Shown: piece by piece, positions 1 through 12,778 of the stretch
Numbering within the stretch: the first letter of the stretch is position 1
Layout: the number at the start of each line of letters is the position of its first letter
Program-made: the position numbers and the translations under genes
Notes under the pieces: model-generated
What the model was told of the DNA's origin: nothing
Seen by the model: the letters and a program-made list of their open reading frames with translations, nothing else
Databases searched by the model: none
Sequence record: MK250029.1
Strand: one strand, 5' to 3'
From: Prevotella phage Lak-C1
DNA length: 32,000 bases

Positions 1-213
1 TTCTTTAACAATATATTCTTCTGCATTTATATCATGTCTATATGTACCATAATTTCTATAAAAGTCATTATTTACTTGATGTTCATCTGATGCAATATCA
101 GCTACTTTTTTATTTTCAATATCATATGATAATCTATCATAACGTGAAAAATCAAATATATTAGTATATGTCTTTAATATTTTCTCATATTCATTATTAA
201 CAATATCTGCCAT
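1..213 (-). CDS. Hypothetical protein, N-terminal part (runs off the window)
   Basis: Open frame on minus strand from ATG at 213 to window edge: MADIVNNEYEKILKTYTNIFDFSRYDRLSYDIENKKVADIASDEHQVNN... Confidence 0.7.
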   Translation of the reverse strand, partial: MADIVNNEYEKILKTYTNIFDFSRYDRLSYDIENKKVADIASDEHQVNNDFYRNYGTYRHDINAEEYIVKE

Positions 214-311
214 ATTTATATATACGTATAAATATTTATAATATTTATTAAATGTATATCAACTATTTAAACAAATAAATATTTAAATCAATTTTAATAC
301 AATTTTATTAA

Positions 312-2123
312 ATGACAACAACAAAAGATAGTAATAAACTTACAATATATAAAGGTACTGATACAGATTATGCATTTATTCCTTTAGCATTTACACCGGA
401 TTCATCTTATAACTTTACTAATGGTATTATTTAGAATGACGCATCAGTATATATGAAAAATATACCGCATGATTCTGATCTATATAATCTTATTAATACT
501 AGTATCATTGATGTTTCACCAATTAGAGAAAAGGATACTATAAATATAACACCAGGAAAATATAATATAAATGGATATTTAGATAATGATATGTTGACAT
601 ATATCATTAAACTATATTATATTGAAAATTTTAAATATACATTGGATGTGTCACAATATACTATAGAAAATGGTGAAAAGATAGATACATCAACGAGAGG
701 AAATACTTATATGTTTACTATTACACCAAAACTAGAAGATGATTATATTGAAAATATTACTATTGGTTCTTCTCAAATACCTACAGAACCTGGTGGAGGA
801 ACTGGTTCCGGTGGATCTGGTTCCGGTGGAGGTGATACAAGCTCTGGAGAAACAGAAGATCCAAATAAAAAATATGATATTAAATTTAGTGTTGATGGAA
901 ATCAAACATTAACATTAACACGAATTGGGGCAACAAATAATTATAAATTAGGTGGAACTTTAGTTATTAAATATGAGTAGTCTGATAAATCTATTAAAAA
1001 TGATATAGGAACAATTAGTACTAATAATCCTAATTATTCATTATTAATATTTTTAGGAAATAAAAGCAATACTGTTCAAATACAAAAAATTGACGGATAT
1101 AATAAAACAACAGGTTTATGGGAAGGTGAAATTAATATAAATTTAGATAAAATAACACCACAATATATATTAACATCAGGTGAAACTGTTAGCTGTGAAT
1201 TACATATGAAAATATCAAAAGATGTACCAATTTTTTCAAAACATGGTTCACTATTAAATTCATATGTTGTATAGAATAATTAGGATATGGATAATTTAGG
1301 TTTATATAAATTTAAAATAAATAATATTGATGTTCCAAATTTAAAAGCATATTTCTTATAGCCTATTATAAGATGTTATGGAACATGGCAACAAACAGTA
1401 TTAAATGTAATGAGCATAAATAATTATGTTAGTGGTATTTTTATTATTGTATCAGATAGAATATTACCAAATTCTACAATAGTTTCTAATAAAACTAATA
1501 CAATGATACCAGAGTTTTATCTTAGTAATTTTAAAGTTGGTTCAACATAGAATAACAGTATATTTACTTCTTCACTTAATAATAATAATACCGTTGTATT
1601 AGATGGACCTCCTATATTTTTATATGATGAAAATGAGAAGCAAACTGAAATACAGTATTATAAATTAGATAGTAGTATATTTAATGAAAAATATTTTAAA
1701 TATAATTCAGGAAATAAATTTCCTGTTCCTGCTAGTACAGAACGTAAAAAAAATATTATTAACTTAAATAACTATAAATATCTTATGTATGAATATGTTA
1801 ATGATAGGTATAACCATTATTGTGGAGCACAATTGTCTAATGCAGATTTAAGTTTATATGCAGATAAAGGGAAAATATTTAATGTAGTATATGAAGTATG
1901 GTCGTATATCACAAGTAATTTATAGCCTTCTATAAATACACCAATAAAAAATCGAGATGGTGAATATATATTAAAAGCAATGAGACCAATAGATAAATTG
2001 GATCCAGATGGTACACCGTCAATTACGACGACATATAGAGAAACTGTAAAATAGTATAATTTATATAGTTTTAAATTATCAACAACAGATTTATCAACAG
2101 GTATATATGAATATGTATATTAA
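312..2123 (+). CDS. Phage structural/tail-associated protein (603 aa) with Gly/Ser-rich linker; TAG-recoded
   Basis: ATG at 312; frame stays open to TAA 2121-2123 except for 8 in-frame TAGs (432, 978, 1272, 1281, 1359, 1548, 1923, 2052). Contains EPGGGTGSGGSGSGGGDTSSGETEDP. Perfect-stem terminator follows immediately. Confidence 0.85.
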
Positions 2124-2130
2124 ATATAAA

Positions 2131-2164
2131 AGAGAGATAGAACTTCACAATATTCTATCTCTCT
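2131..2164. terminator. Bidirectional intrinsic terminator between convergent genes
   Basis: AGAGAGATAGAA-10 nt loop-TTCTATCTCTCT perfect 12-bp stem, T-rich flank. Confidence 0.85.
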
Positions 2165-2170
2165 TTATTT

Positions 2171-4018
2171 TTATGAAAATATCATATATTTGATTTTTAT
2201 AGGAATTTCATTAGGATTATATACCAATAAACTCTATAATAAATTTTTAGTTTTTAATTGTTTATCATCATCTTTCCCAATTATCATATATCCGTCACCG
2301 ATTCTTAACCATAAATCATTAGATGACAAATATTCCATATACTTATATAATCCTATTACACATTCAACTGATGTATCATCATGTGAATCAACAAATTTTA
2401 CATTTGTTTTATTAGGATTATTTTCCCATAAATCATTATCTTCTGAATTTCTATTTGCATCTATATACATATCAGGATCATGATATTTTATAGGCTCATC
2501 ATCAAAAACTCTTTTTTCTTGTGTTGCAGGTAATCTATAAAATTCATCATTTATATTCCAATCTGTGTCATATGCAGGTATATATAAATTATCAAAACTA
2601 TTTGTGAAACCGTCATTTGATGAAATATCATTTAATGGTAAATTATCATAATCTTCTATATAAGCACGTTTCTCTTCTGGTATAAGTGCATTTATCTATA
2701 CAGTAGCTAATGCTTTTTCAAATAGTGTTGCTTTCTTTTTTGATATAATATTACCTTCATAGTAATTACTTAATCTTTCAATTGATACCGGAACACAGAC
2801 TTCAAGCTAATCTGCAACATGATTTACCCATAATACATTTGAGTCATATTCTTCATCATTTGGCCAATTAGGAATTAATACAATACCACGCATTGCTCCA
2901 TTAGGATATTTTACATTTCCTATACGTCTGTTTAAATCTTCATAACAATTAGATGGTCCAACCGAATTCATCATTTTAAATATAAAATCTTTAATAGCAT
3001 CTAATATTTTAACTATATCATATATATTATACAATGATAAAGGTTTTGTAAAATATTTCTAATAAATCTAAGGATATTTTTGTATTATAATATCATTGAA
3101 TTTCTTTGAAAATATTAAAACACCATTCTATTCAAAACATGGTAAGAAAAATCTTTTGATAACATCTATTTCATAAACAAATGTATTAAAATCATCTGTT
3201 ATAGTATCACTCAATTTTAAAAACTCTCTGTATATATCACAATTAATTTTATAATTATTAAGTTTAGAATTATCTGTTTTATCACCTACCAATCTAGGTT
3301 TATATTTTTCCAATAAACTTATAATGAAATCTTTTGTAATAACAGGTTCAACAAATGGAGAATCTTCAAATTCACCAATATCTCCCTTATTATTTTCATC
3401 ATTTCTTAATATAGGAATAATCTTAACATTCCTTACTATAAAATCATATCCTTCTTCTGTACTTTGAAAGTTTATATAGTCTATTTGTTTCCTAGAACTC
3501 TCTGTATCGTCATAACTTTTAATAGATATAGAAACAGGTACCTTCAACTTATTTAATTGATTCTGAACCAAATTTACAAATGCTCCGTATGTTTCTCTCA
3601 CTGTCTCACTCTCTACATGAACATTACAAACCTTATTATTTTGTTTATATAAAATATCAAATCCTATATTACAATAACTTTCATAATCTTCTATAGATGA
3701 AATAATATCGCTTATTAAGAAAAACTGTGATTTATATGTTTCTCCGTATTCATTACCTTGTAAAAGATATGCGGAATGTGGTTGAAGTATTTTAGTTTCT
3801 ACTGTATACTAAGTTATACCGGCAGCATGTATAGTCGATAAATTAATAGATGCAAGAATATTTCCATTTGAATCTGTTATTTGTCCTTCTGAACCGGATA
3901 TATCAAATGATGTATCTTTTTCATTTATTGTTGATGTACATGCATAACCAGAATTTGCTACATTATTATTTTTTGAATATAATTGATAAAATAAATTTTT
4001 ATTCTTTGTTGTTGCCAT
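2171..4018 (-). CDS. Phage structural protein (615 aa), TAG-recoded
   Basis: Track ORFs 3809-4036, 3128-3601, 2807-3034 and 2234-2470 share one frame and are separated only by TAG; ends at TAA 2171-2173. Start chosen at MATTKNKN; an ATG at 4036 is possible. Confidence 0.8.
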
Positions 4019-4052
4019 TTCTGGAATATAATTCACTTTTTATATTTATTAA

Positions 4053-4087
4053 AAAATGGAATCTATAACAATAATAGATTCCATTTT
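4053..4087 (-). terminator. Intrinsic terminator
   Basis: 14-bp perfect stem (AAAATGGAATCTAT/ATAGATTCCATTTT), 7-nt loop, T-run on minus strand. Confidence 0.8.
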
Positions 4088-4109
4088 ATTAACTATGTAA
4101 TTTTTATAA

Positions 4110-7100
4110 TTAAGCATTTCTGAAGAAACCATCGATTGTAGTATTCTTGAAATAGAAAGTAACTCTACCTTGTGTAGAGGCATTATTTCCATAATAATTA
4201 TGATTTGTCTAACCTGGTCGTAATGGATGTTGAACACCTTTTTTCTATACATTATTATGTTGTTGAGCATTAGCAGGCGTACCAGTATTAGTTGTAATAA
4301 GATCTAATAATTCTCTAATACCATCAAATCTATTGAGAATCGCATTCTCATCAAGTCTATCAAATGAATTCTTCATTCTATCAACTGCTACTGCAATATT
4401 ATTAATCTTATTAGCAAATTGCTATAATGCATTATTACGTGCTTTTTCTTTATTAATAATTTCATCATCTAATGATTTTAATGCTCTACGTGCGGCTTCA
4501 AGTTTAGTTGTATATATTTCAACTTTACTTGTAGTAACTTGTATCTATGCAGTAAATGTTTTTAATCTTGCCGTATATGTACGCATAGAACCAGAAGTAA
4601 CATTCATATTTCTATTAATTTCTGGAGATGTTAATCTCTTTATATTATTAATAAACATATTTATATGAATTCCTAACTGTTTCTGGCGTTGCATTTCTCT
4701 TGACAGATAAATCATTTTCTTTGCAATCTCTAAATAAAGATCCATAAATTGCGCAGTTCTCCTGAAATCAATACGATCAGAAGCTTTTGAAACACCTATC
4801 ATCTGTCGTTGCATTTTTGTTAATACATTACCAAAATTAGTAACTGCTGTAATAGGTTTAACTTTAGTATTAAATGATAATTGATTTATTATTTTCCTAT
4901 ATACACCAACAACTTTATATACAGAAACTACAAATTTCTGTGCAATATCAGCAGATGGTTTTGAGGTTTCAAATATTTTACCACTTATACTAAAATATGT
5001 AGCTAACTATGTTAATACAGATGTAAACTTAGATGCAACTTCATTTCCTTGCGATAAAACTTTACCCTTATCATCTGTCATTGCTGTTATTATTCTCTTA
5101 AGATTATCTACAGATGTTTTAATTGTTTTCATTACAGCATTGACTACTTTAGCGGTTGATTGAATTTTATTATATTTTTCCATATTTTCTTTTTTAGAAA
5201 GATTATTAGAAATAATAGTAATAAAATCAACAAACGCATTTGCAATGTTTTGAGATATTGTTCTTATAAATTTAGGTTGTAAACATAAATAATCCTTTGA
5301 CTATGCAGTAGTTCCCTTTTTATTAGATGTTAATGATAAGAAAGGTTTTAATGTATTTGAAAACTCTTTTACTGCTTTCATAATAGGATTAATAGTATTC
5401 TTTATAATATCTGCAATACTTTCCGCTTTCTCTATAAAACCTTCATTTGCAAAACTCTTTACAAGGTAATTTATAAATTCTACAAACATCCTACCTACTT
5501 CTCTTGCAGCGTTAGTAAATGCACCACGTTTTAATTTCTTCATTATCGGTATTAATTTACCATCTTTATCTTTAACATAATGATCTACATATACACCTGT
5601 TGCTAATTTAAGAATTGCATCAACATACTGACCAACTCCTTCCATAACAGGTCCAATAGAACCACCTATTGCATTTAATGCATCTTCCGTTTTATTTCCC
5701 CAGAATGAACCATGTCGTTCAAATACTGTTACTAATTGATCTACAAAATAAGAAAATGTTGTAGCAACAGAAATTGCTGCCATTATAAAATCAATTGGTG
5801 TCACTTTAGCAAGATGTGGTACAGTATAATTACCATCTTTATCTTTCATATAATAATCTGTATATGTACCCGTTGCTAATTTCATAATAGCATCAACAAA
5901 TTTACCTACACCTTCCATAATAGGCATAATAGAATCTTTCATTGCATCCATTGCCCATATCATATTAGGTTGTAATTGATTAAAAGATTTTCCTAACTAA
6001 ACAATGAAATCACCAAAACGTTCTGAAACAAATGTTGCAGATGTAGAAAATATAGAAGGATCTACCTATTCATATTCAGGTTTACCATTTTTATCGTAAC
6101 CTGTTACTATTTGCATTGTAGAAACTTTAATTACTGCATCAACAAATTTTGAAACTGCATCCATAACAGGTTCCATAACCTATCCTATTGTAGCAATAGC
6201 AAACATTGCAGTTGAGCTCATCTTACTAAAACCATTACTTAAATGCTATAAGAATAGGTTAAACTATAATGAAACAGCAGATGCTGCTTTACTAAATTCA
6301 GTAGATGATATTTTTTTAAATATGGGTTTCTTATTATTATCATAACCAATTATATATGTACCTGTTGCAACTTTCATTACGACATCTACAAATTTACCAA
6401 CTGTATCTATAATAGGATTTAATGCTAATGTTAATACAGATAAGACTACAATTTTCAAAGCATCTAAGCCTTTAAAACCATTACTTAATCCTGTTAAGAA
6501 TTCTGTGAATCCTTTTGTAACAGCAGAAGCTGCATCTGCAAATACAGTTGCAGGTAAATGTTCATACATAGGTTTACCATTATCATCATAACCAGCAATA
6601 TAATTCATTGTTGCAATCTTCATAATAATATCAATGTAATCTGATATTGTTGTTAATATAGGACGTAATGCCATTGAAACTATTAATGCCATTGTCTTAC
6701 CGTCAAAATCTCCAAATGCTTTAACAATTGCTTGCATTGAACCAAGAACACTATTTGATTTACCTAACATTATTTCTGAGAATGTTTGAATCATCTTTGA
6801 ATCACAAATTTCTGTTATATATTTCATCTACATAACAGTTAATGTCAATACACCAAATACTGCCATAATAATAGGAGCGAATGCGCCAGCTGCAATTGCC
6901 TATGCCATTTGTATAGGGTTCGGTGCAGCAGCTTTTATAACATCATACATTACGTCAAATAAAGTAACAGATGTTTTACCTATTTTCTTAAGTTGTTCTT
7001 CATTATATGGTAACATTAATTCCAATGCTTTCATAAATAAAATCATTGTACCTGATACTAATGTCATTATACCTGCGATCGCAGTCATAACTACTGCACC

Positions 7101-10031
7101 AGCAGCAATAAAAGGAAGAAGTGGAGTCATTGTACCTAATGCTGTCATTATAACACCCATAACTGCTAATAATGCAACCATTGTTCCTGCACCTAAGAAT
7201 ACTGCACCGTCTTTATTAAAGTCATCTATCTTTTTACATTCATATGAGAATAATAACATTGTTCCTCCAATAATATCAAGTAATGCACCTATAGCTATCA
7301 TTAATGCTCCGCCTTCTGCAATCTTTTCAGAATATTTTTTAAGTTTACCGACATTATAAAGTATTAAACCCATTAAACCCATCATTATTGTCATAGTTAA
7401 TGCACCTAATACAACTGCACCACCATCATTTAATTGATAAAGTTTTCTGGATTCTATAGCAAATAATAAGCAAGCTGTGCCTGTTATTAACATAACAAGT
7501 CCGATTTCCATCATTATTTTAGCACCCTATTTAATAGCAATCTTATGTTTTAAATTCATTTTACCAATTGCAAATAAAATTGCACCAAATATTGCAATAA
7601 TTCCTAACACAACACCTGCACCATCCTATGCTTCAGGCCCCTTTTTACCTATAGGAATCAATATATCTTTAGTAATTAAAGAAATACCCAATAAAATAAA
7701 TGCCATAGCTGCAGTTGCTAATATAGCGTATCCTGCTTTTTTACCATCAACATTAGATAATATATATGTACCAAATATAAGAGTGATAATAATGAATAAT
7801 GTTATACCCATACCTATACCTGCTTCTTTACCATTCTAACCAATTGGTATTAATAAATCTTTAGTAATCAAAGCAATACCCATATAAATGACAGCTAATA
7901 CAACAGTTGCTGCTAATCCCCATAATGCACGTTTACCGTTTACTTTATTTAATAATTTAACACCAAATACTAATCCCGCAATTATTGTAAGCGTAATAAT
8001 TGCGCCGACTATTACATCATCTGCTTGCTTACTCATAGGAATTAATAATGTTAATGATATAATTGAAACTAACGCGAAAATTAATGATATTTTTAATAAA
8101 TTAGATGTTCCTTGCTCTATATCTTTATTTGCTTTAGCTATATATTTAACTGCAAAAATACCTAATGCTATAACTAATGAAACAACAAGTCCACCTGCCA
8201 TAACATCTCCTAAACTATTACCTATTGGTGCTAATAAAGTTGCAGATACCAAAGCAATTATAGCAAATACTCCTGCAATCTTTAACATTGCATTTGTTGA
8301 TGCGTTAAGATTTTTAGAATCTATAGAAGATAATTTATTCACAAGATAAACTGAACCTGCAACAAATAATGTCAATATTCCTAATGATGCTATAATTGTT
8401 TTAACACTATTATTCTTTACCGTTAATGCTAATAATAATAAAGACACAGACAATGACATTACCATTAAACCAATACCAGTTAATACACCTTGAGCATATT
8501 TTAAACTTTTATCAAGTTTCTGATCTGATAAATCTTTTATTAAATTCTTAAATCCATTTACAGCAAATCTTAATATTAATAAACTGACTACTACTGTACC
8601 AATACCAACTAATTTAGTTACTAATGATAATGCTATTAATATACCACCAATAGTTCCTATTGATATTGATAACATTCTTATAATATCACATGAATTTTTT
8701 ACATCTTTTTTACTTAAATCTGTTACTAAATCTGTTACTGTAGTTTTCATGAATTTAATTAAATAACGAACAACAAGTACAGATTCAACTATTGTTTTAA
8801 ATGATGTAACTTTTATAGTTAATGCAATGAATATAACACCTAATAATAATGATCGCATTGCATCATCCCATGCTTTAAAAAAAACAGATATAGCATTAAC
8901 TTGTTTTACATCCCATTTTTGAGATAATATAGTATTAAAGAAATCAACCAATTTCTTTGCACGTTTTTCAGTTAATGAACTTACAGTAAATATAAAGTTT
9001 AATATCTGTACTTTTTTAATATCAAATAACGCGTTTAATATTGCAAGCATACTATTGACTGTATTCTCTACTCGCTTACCGCTTGGTATTTCGTTAATAA
9101 ATGTAGAAAAGAAATTTGCAAGTATTTTTGCTGTAAATCCATTTAATGTTTTAGCTAATTTAAAAACAGAGAATTTCTGATCTGGATCTGCAAGTTTTAC
9201 AAGTGGATCTAATATACCGCCTAAATACTTTATACTTTCATCTACTTTTAAATCACCTTTAAGATATTTAGAAATTGACTTAATAAACTATCCTAATTGT
9301 CTACCTAATAACCAGCCTCTAATTGGATTTAAACTGATTTTCATTTTAAATACATTAGAATCAACTAATTTAGATATACCACCCATTAAATCTCCTATAG
9401 GTTTAATAAGCTTTTCTATATCTTTCTATTTAGGATTTGCTTTACTGATAGAATTAATTAATGTGGTAATAAATTTACCCATTCGCTTTGCTGATTTTAC
9501 GTCTAATTTGTTTATATTCTTCTATAGTGTAATCATATCTATAGCAACTAATGTAGACATTGTTTCAACAACAGCTTTTATAATACCAACACTTTTACCT
9601 ACCTATTTAGAATTCTATAATGTTAGTCCCTAAATAAAATCAACAATATTCTTTGCACCTTCTGCATTTATTTCAGTCATCTTATTAATAGCTTTCAAGA
9701 AACTATCAATATTATCAAATGTATCATTATCGACTTTAAGACTTGATAAAACAGTATTTACATTTCCTATAGATGTGGCAACTTTATTTAATACGTCATT
9801 ATCTATTGATTCCATTGCAACTAGTCCTTTTGACAGTTTCTCTAACTATTCTCCGACTGTTGCTGCTGATTCATCTTTAGCTGTCTCAACAATACCCTAT
9901 AACAAACTTACTATAGTACTATCAGCTTTCTATTCAAGAGTTTCTTTCTTTTTCTCTTCATGCTGATTTACCATAGTATCAAGAATGTTAAAAATACCAT
10001 TAAGTGCTTCTTCAGAAGACATTTGTGCCAT
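4110..10031 (-). CDS. Very large tape-measure-like tail protein (~1973 aa), TAG-recoded, with membrane-like segments and internal repeats
   Basis: Track ORFs 4545-4814, 5301-5963, 6264-6827, 6900-7514, 7836-9050 and 9630-9815 are all in the same frame as ATG at 10031 (MAQMSSEEALNGIFN...), interrupted only by TAG (more than 20); ends with TAA at 4110-4112. Long, Ala/Ile/Val-rich with multiple hydrophobic segments. Confidence 0.8.
5550..6690 (-). repeat. Five degenerate ~80-85 aa protein repeats inside the tape-measure-like gene
   Basis: ILRPILTTISDYIDIIMKIATMNYIAGYDDNGKP / LNPIIDTVGKFVDVVMKVATGTYIIGYDNNKKP / MEPVMDAVSKFVDAVIKVSTMQIVTGYDKNGKP / IMPIMEGVGKFVDAIMKLATGTYTDYYMKDKDG / IGPVMEGVGQYVDAILKLATGVYVDHYVKDKDG. 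Confidence 0.8.
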
Positions 10032-10053
10032 ATCGTTTTAAATCGTTTAATTT

Positions 10054-10419
10054 TTATTTAGATGTTGTTTTCTTTTTCTATACAACATATTGGTTATGTT
10101 TTATCTATTTAACAGTATATATAATACCTGTTGTTTTATCATATAATGTTGAATATTCATATACATTATTATCATCACCATCTTTAATAGGTGTTTTTAT
10201 CCATTTATTATATCCAGGTAATTTATCTGCTTTTGTTAATGAATCTAATTGTAAAATATCTAATGTGTCATTTTTCATTGTTTTTACTGATTTAATAGAA
10301 ACAGAATATGTAGAATCATTTGATTTATTGTTTCCTGTATTCTATTTTAAATCACAAGAATTAAATGAAAAAGTAAGGCTTAATAAAGAGCCTAATAAAA
10401 TATACTTCAAACTTTTCAT
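10054..10419 (-). CDS. Small lipoprotein (121 aa), TAG-recoded
   Basis: MKSLKYILLGSLLSLTFSFNSC- signal peptide plus lipobox-like Cys; three in-frame TAGs, ends in TAA; absent from the track. Confidence 0.75.
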
Positions 10420-10527
10420 AATTATTTAAATATTATTAGTTAAAATATTTAATATATTTATTAGTTATAAATAGACAATATCAATGTTTATAACTATAAT
10501 AAATTAAGTAAAATTATATATTCATAT

Positions 10528-11034
10528 ATGGGAAGAAAAAAGAAAGACAATAATGAAGATGTTGAAAAAATAAAAACACCTAAAGCTATTGGTCCATATG
10601 ATATTATTTCTATGATGTGTACTAATTTTGAAGGATTCAATAAATTATCTGATACGATATTAGATAAAAATTTCTTTTTAATTAATAGAGTATTTAGTAT
10701 TAAATATCCTTTACAAGGTGCATTATTTAATAAGAATACAATTAATACAGCAGGTGTAATTAAATCATGGGCAATGTTTATATCAAGTAAAGAAGGATAT
10801 GGACGTGTGCCTTATTTTGTTTATACAAAAGGTGCAAAAAAATCTGCTAGCACATCATCAAAGACTGATAAAATAGATAAAGAATTAATTAAGGAATATT
10901 GTAAACGTTATAAAATTAATCTCAAAGATTTTGAGACATTAAAATCTTTATATTATGATGAACTTATAGCAGATGTTAAACGATATGAAAAATTAATTTC
11001 AATTAAAGAGCAAGAAAAAAATATTTCAAAATAA
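10528..11034 (+). CDS. Sliding clamp loader small subunit, T4 gp62-like
   Basis: Pattern FSIKYPLQGALFNKNTINTAGVIKSWAMFISSKEGYGRVPY...KELIKEYCKRYKINLKDFETLKSLY resembles T4 gp62 (AxxQFPECMPAVYAMN...; LAKRYQVNTNDAINYKSIL). Confidence 0.6.
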   Translation: MGRKKKDNNEDVEKIKTPKAIGPYDIISMMCTNFEGFNKLSDTILDKNFFLINRVFSIKYPLQGALFNKNTINTAGVIKSWAMFISSKEGYGRVPYFVYTKGAKKSASTSSKTDKIDKELIKEYCKRYKINLKDFETLKSLYYDELIADVKRYEKLISIKEQEKNISK

Positions 11035-11050
11035 ATCATAATAAACAAAA

Positions 11051-11680
11051 ATGATGAAGATATACCCAGAAAAATTAGTGAAGTCAATACAAACAATAAT
11101 TGACTCAGGTAAAGTAGAAATTTCTACATTCAATTCATATGATGAATTTATTCCAGAAATTAATTCATGTGAAATTCATATAAAGTTTACAAAGAATTCA
11201 AAAGGTGATCGTGAACCTATTATTATGGTTAATAATAGTGATATTACATCTCAATTCATCAATAGTTGGCGAACATCTGCTCCAGGTAAATTTATGTGTA
11301 AAGATTATCGTAAAGATAAAAAAGATTTTATTGGTAATACTTTATATCATGTAGTTAAATTTACATTAGATGGTGTTAAGATGCAAATGATGGTAAGGCT
11401 TCTTACTGAAATTACAGAAGATTGTACAGAATCTGATAGAAAAGAACTTATTAATGAATATGGTGATTTATCTATCAGTGGTAAGATCTTTTCTATTATT
11501 AAGATAATGCCTGATGATGGTAGAAATGGATGGAATTGTTGGGATCGTTATAAATCACGTGATAATAATTACATTATTAATCTATATGAAACAAATTCAG
11601 CTTATATTGATGAAGCAAACGATGACAATGACAATAATGAATGTGATGAAGATTCAAATGAATCTGAACCATTGTTTTAA
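11051..11680 (+). CDS. Hypothetical protein (209 aa) with acidic C-terminal tail; possible ssDNA-binding protein
   Basis: ORF; C-terminus EANDDNDNNECDEDSNESEPLF; sits between clamp-loader-like and ligase-like genes. Confidence 0.7.
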   Translation: MMKIYPEKLVKSIQTIIDSGKVEISTFNSYDEFIPEINSCEIHIKFTKNSKGDREPIIMVNNSDITSQFINSWRTSAPGKFMCKDYRKDKKDFIGNTLYHVVKFTLDGVKMQMMVRLLTEITEDCTESDRKELINEYGDLSISGKIFSIIKIMPDDGRNGWNCWDRYKSRDNNYIINLYETNSAYIDEANDDNDNNECDEDSNESEPLF

Positions 11681-11682
11681 TA

Positions 11683-12738
11683 ATGATTAAGGATATAACA
11701 CAAATAGGAAATAAACCTGTTAGTTTTATAAAGGAATTTATTAATAATTGTACAATAGAAGAAAAAATAGATACTCATTATGTCATTGTTGAGATAACAT
11801 CTAAACAAACTATAACAATTAAAAAAGCAACAGGAAAAGTCGTTGATAGAGTTGACATGATACTTAATAATATGTGGAGTCAACTTGTAACTGATTGGAA
11901 TTTTATTAAACTTGCAAATCAAGATTTATTTAAAGAACATGTAGGTTATAATATATCAATGTTTTACTTCCCTAGTAATAAACCTTTATTAACAGAATAT
12001 CCTAATAATATTAAATATCTTATAGATAGAATTACATATAATGATGAAAATATTAATCCTGATTCATTTATTAATAAAATCAGATTAAAAGACAAGTTTA
12101 ATATATCGATTAAACATAATTTAAAAAAATTATTAACTAATGATAATATAATAAATCTTATTAAAAATATTAATGGTGATACAAAACTTAATTATGATTA
12201 TAAGAATTTATTTTATGAGTTAATAGATAAATCTGACATATTAGCAAAAGAGCCAGAAGGATATATATTTAAATGGAAAAAAAATCTTTATCAACTTATA
12301 TTTAATAACAGAGAACGTATAAATCCAGAGAAAACACAATATGAATATTTGTTATGTGATTTTGTTTCTTACTGTAAAAGTATAAAATATCAAGATAAGA
12401 TTCATCATAGTTATGTAAAAACAGTATGTGCATTATTTAATGATTATATAATAAATTGGGAAGAACAGAATCATAATATTGAAAATAATATAGATATAAA
12501 TAGTATTCAATCACCAACATTAGGAACATCATTTGATATGGGATATGAATATATACCTGATATTATAACAATGAATTTATGTAAATCTAATGAATTATAT
12601 AAAAGTATATTTAAAGTATTATTAGCAAATCTCAGAAGAGGTAAAGATAATAGTAAATGTATATACATGAATAAGAAGCAAGTTGATGATTGGAATATTA
12701 TAATGAAAAATATTAAGGTAAGAACTTTAACAATTTAA
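11683..12738 (+). CDS. Hypothetical protein (351 aa); possible nucleotidyltransferase/ligase-fold enzyme
   Basis: ORF; tightly linked to upstream gene (TAATAATG). EKIDTHYVIVEI and later EPEGYIFKWKKNLYQLIF loosely resemble ligase motifs I and IV. Confidence 0.7.
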   Translation: MIKDITQIGNKPVSFIKEFINNCTIEEKIDTHYVIVEITSKQTITIKKATGKVVDRVDMILNNMWSQLVTDWNFIKLANQDLFKEHVGYNISMFYFPSNKPLLTEYPNNIKYLIDRITYNDENINPDSFINKIRLKDKFNISIKHNLKKLLTNDNIINLIKNINGDTKLNYDYKNLFYELIDKSDILAKEPEGYIFKWKKNLYQLIFNNRERINPEKTQYEYLLCDFVSYCKSIKYQDKIHHSYVKTVCALFNDYIINWEEQNHNIENNIDINSIQSPTLGTSFDMGYEYIPDIITMNLCKSNELYKSIFKVLLANLRRGKDNSKCIYMNKKQVDDWNIIMKNIKVRTLTI

Positions 12739-12778
12739 GTATTTAATAAATATATAAAGTTAAATGTTAAATTAGGTT

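Noticed and set aside
2190-2483. Plus-strand ORF 2190-2483 (and 3850-4068, 13809-14054, 14463-14660, 17783-17965, 21521-21730, 22366-22695)
   Set aside because: Each lies antisense to a better-supported minus-strand gene.
4049-4270. Minus-strand ORF 4049-4270
   Set aside because: Out of frame with the large gene and runs through the terminator hairpin at 4053-4087.
7477-8349. Plus-strand ORFs 7477-7839 and 7888-8349 (also 4333-4668, 9775-9966)
   Set aside because: Antisense shadows of the continuous minus-strand tape-measure-like gene; low-complexity Ala/Ile/Asn-rich translations.
10004-10429. Plus-strand ORF 10004-10429
   Set aside because: Antisense to the lipoprotein gene 10054-10419, which has signal peptide/lipobox and proper TAA stop.
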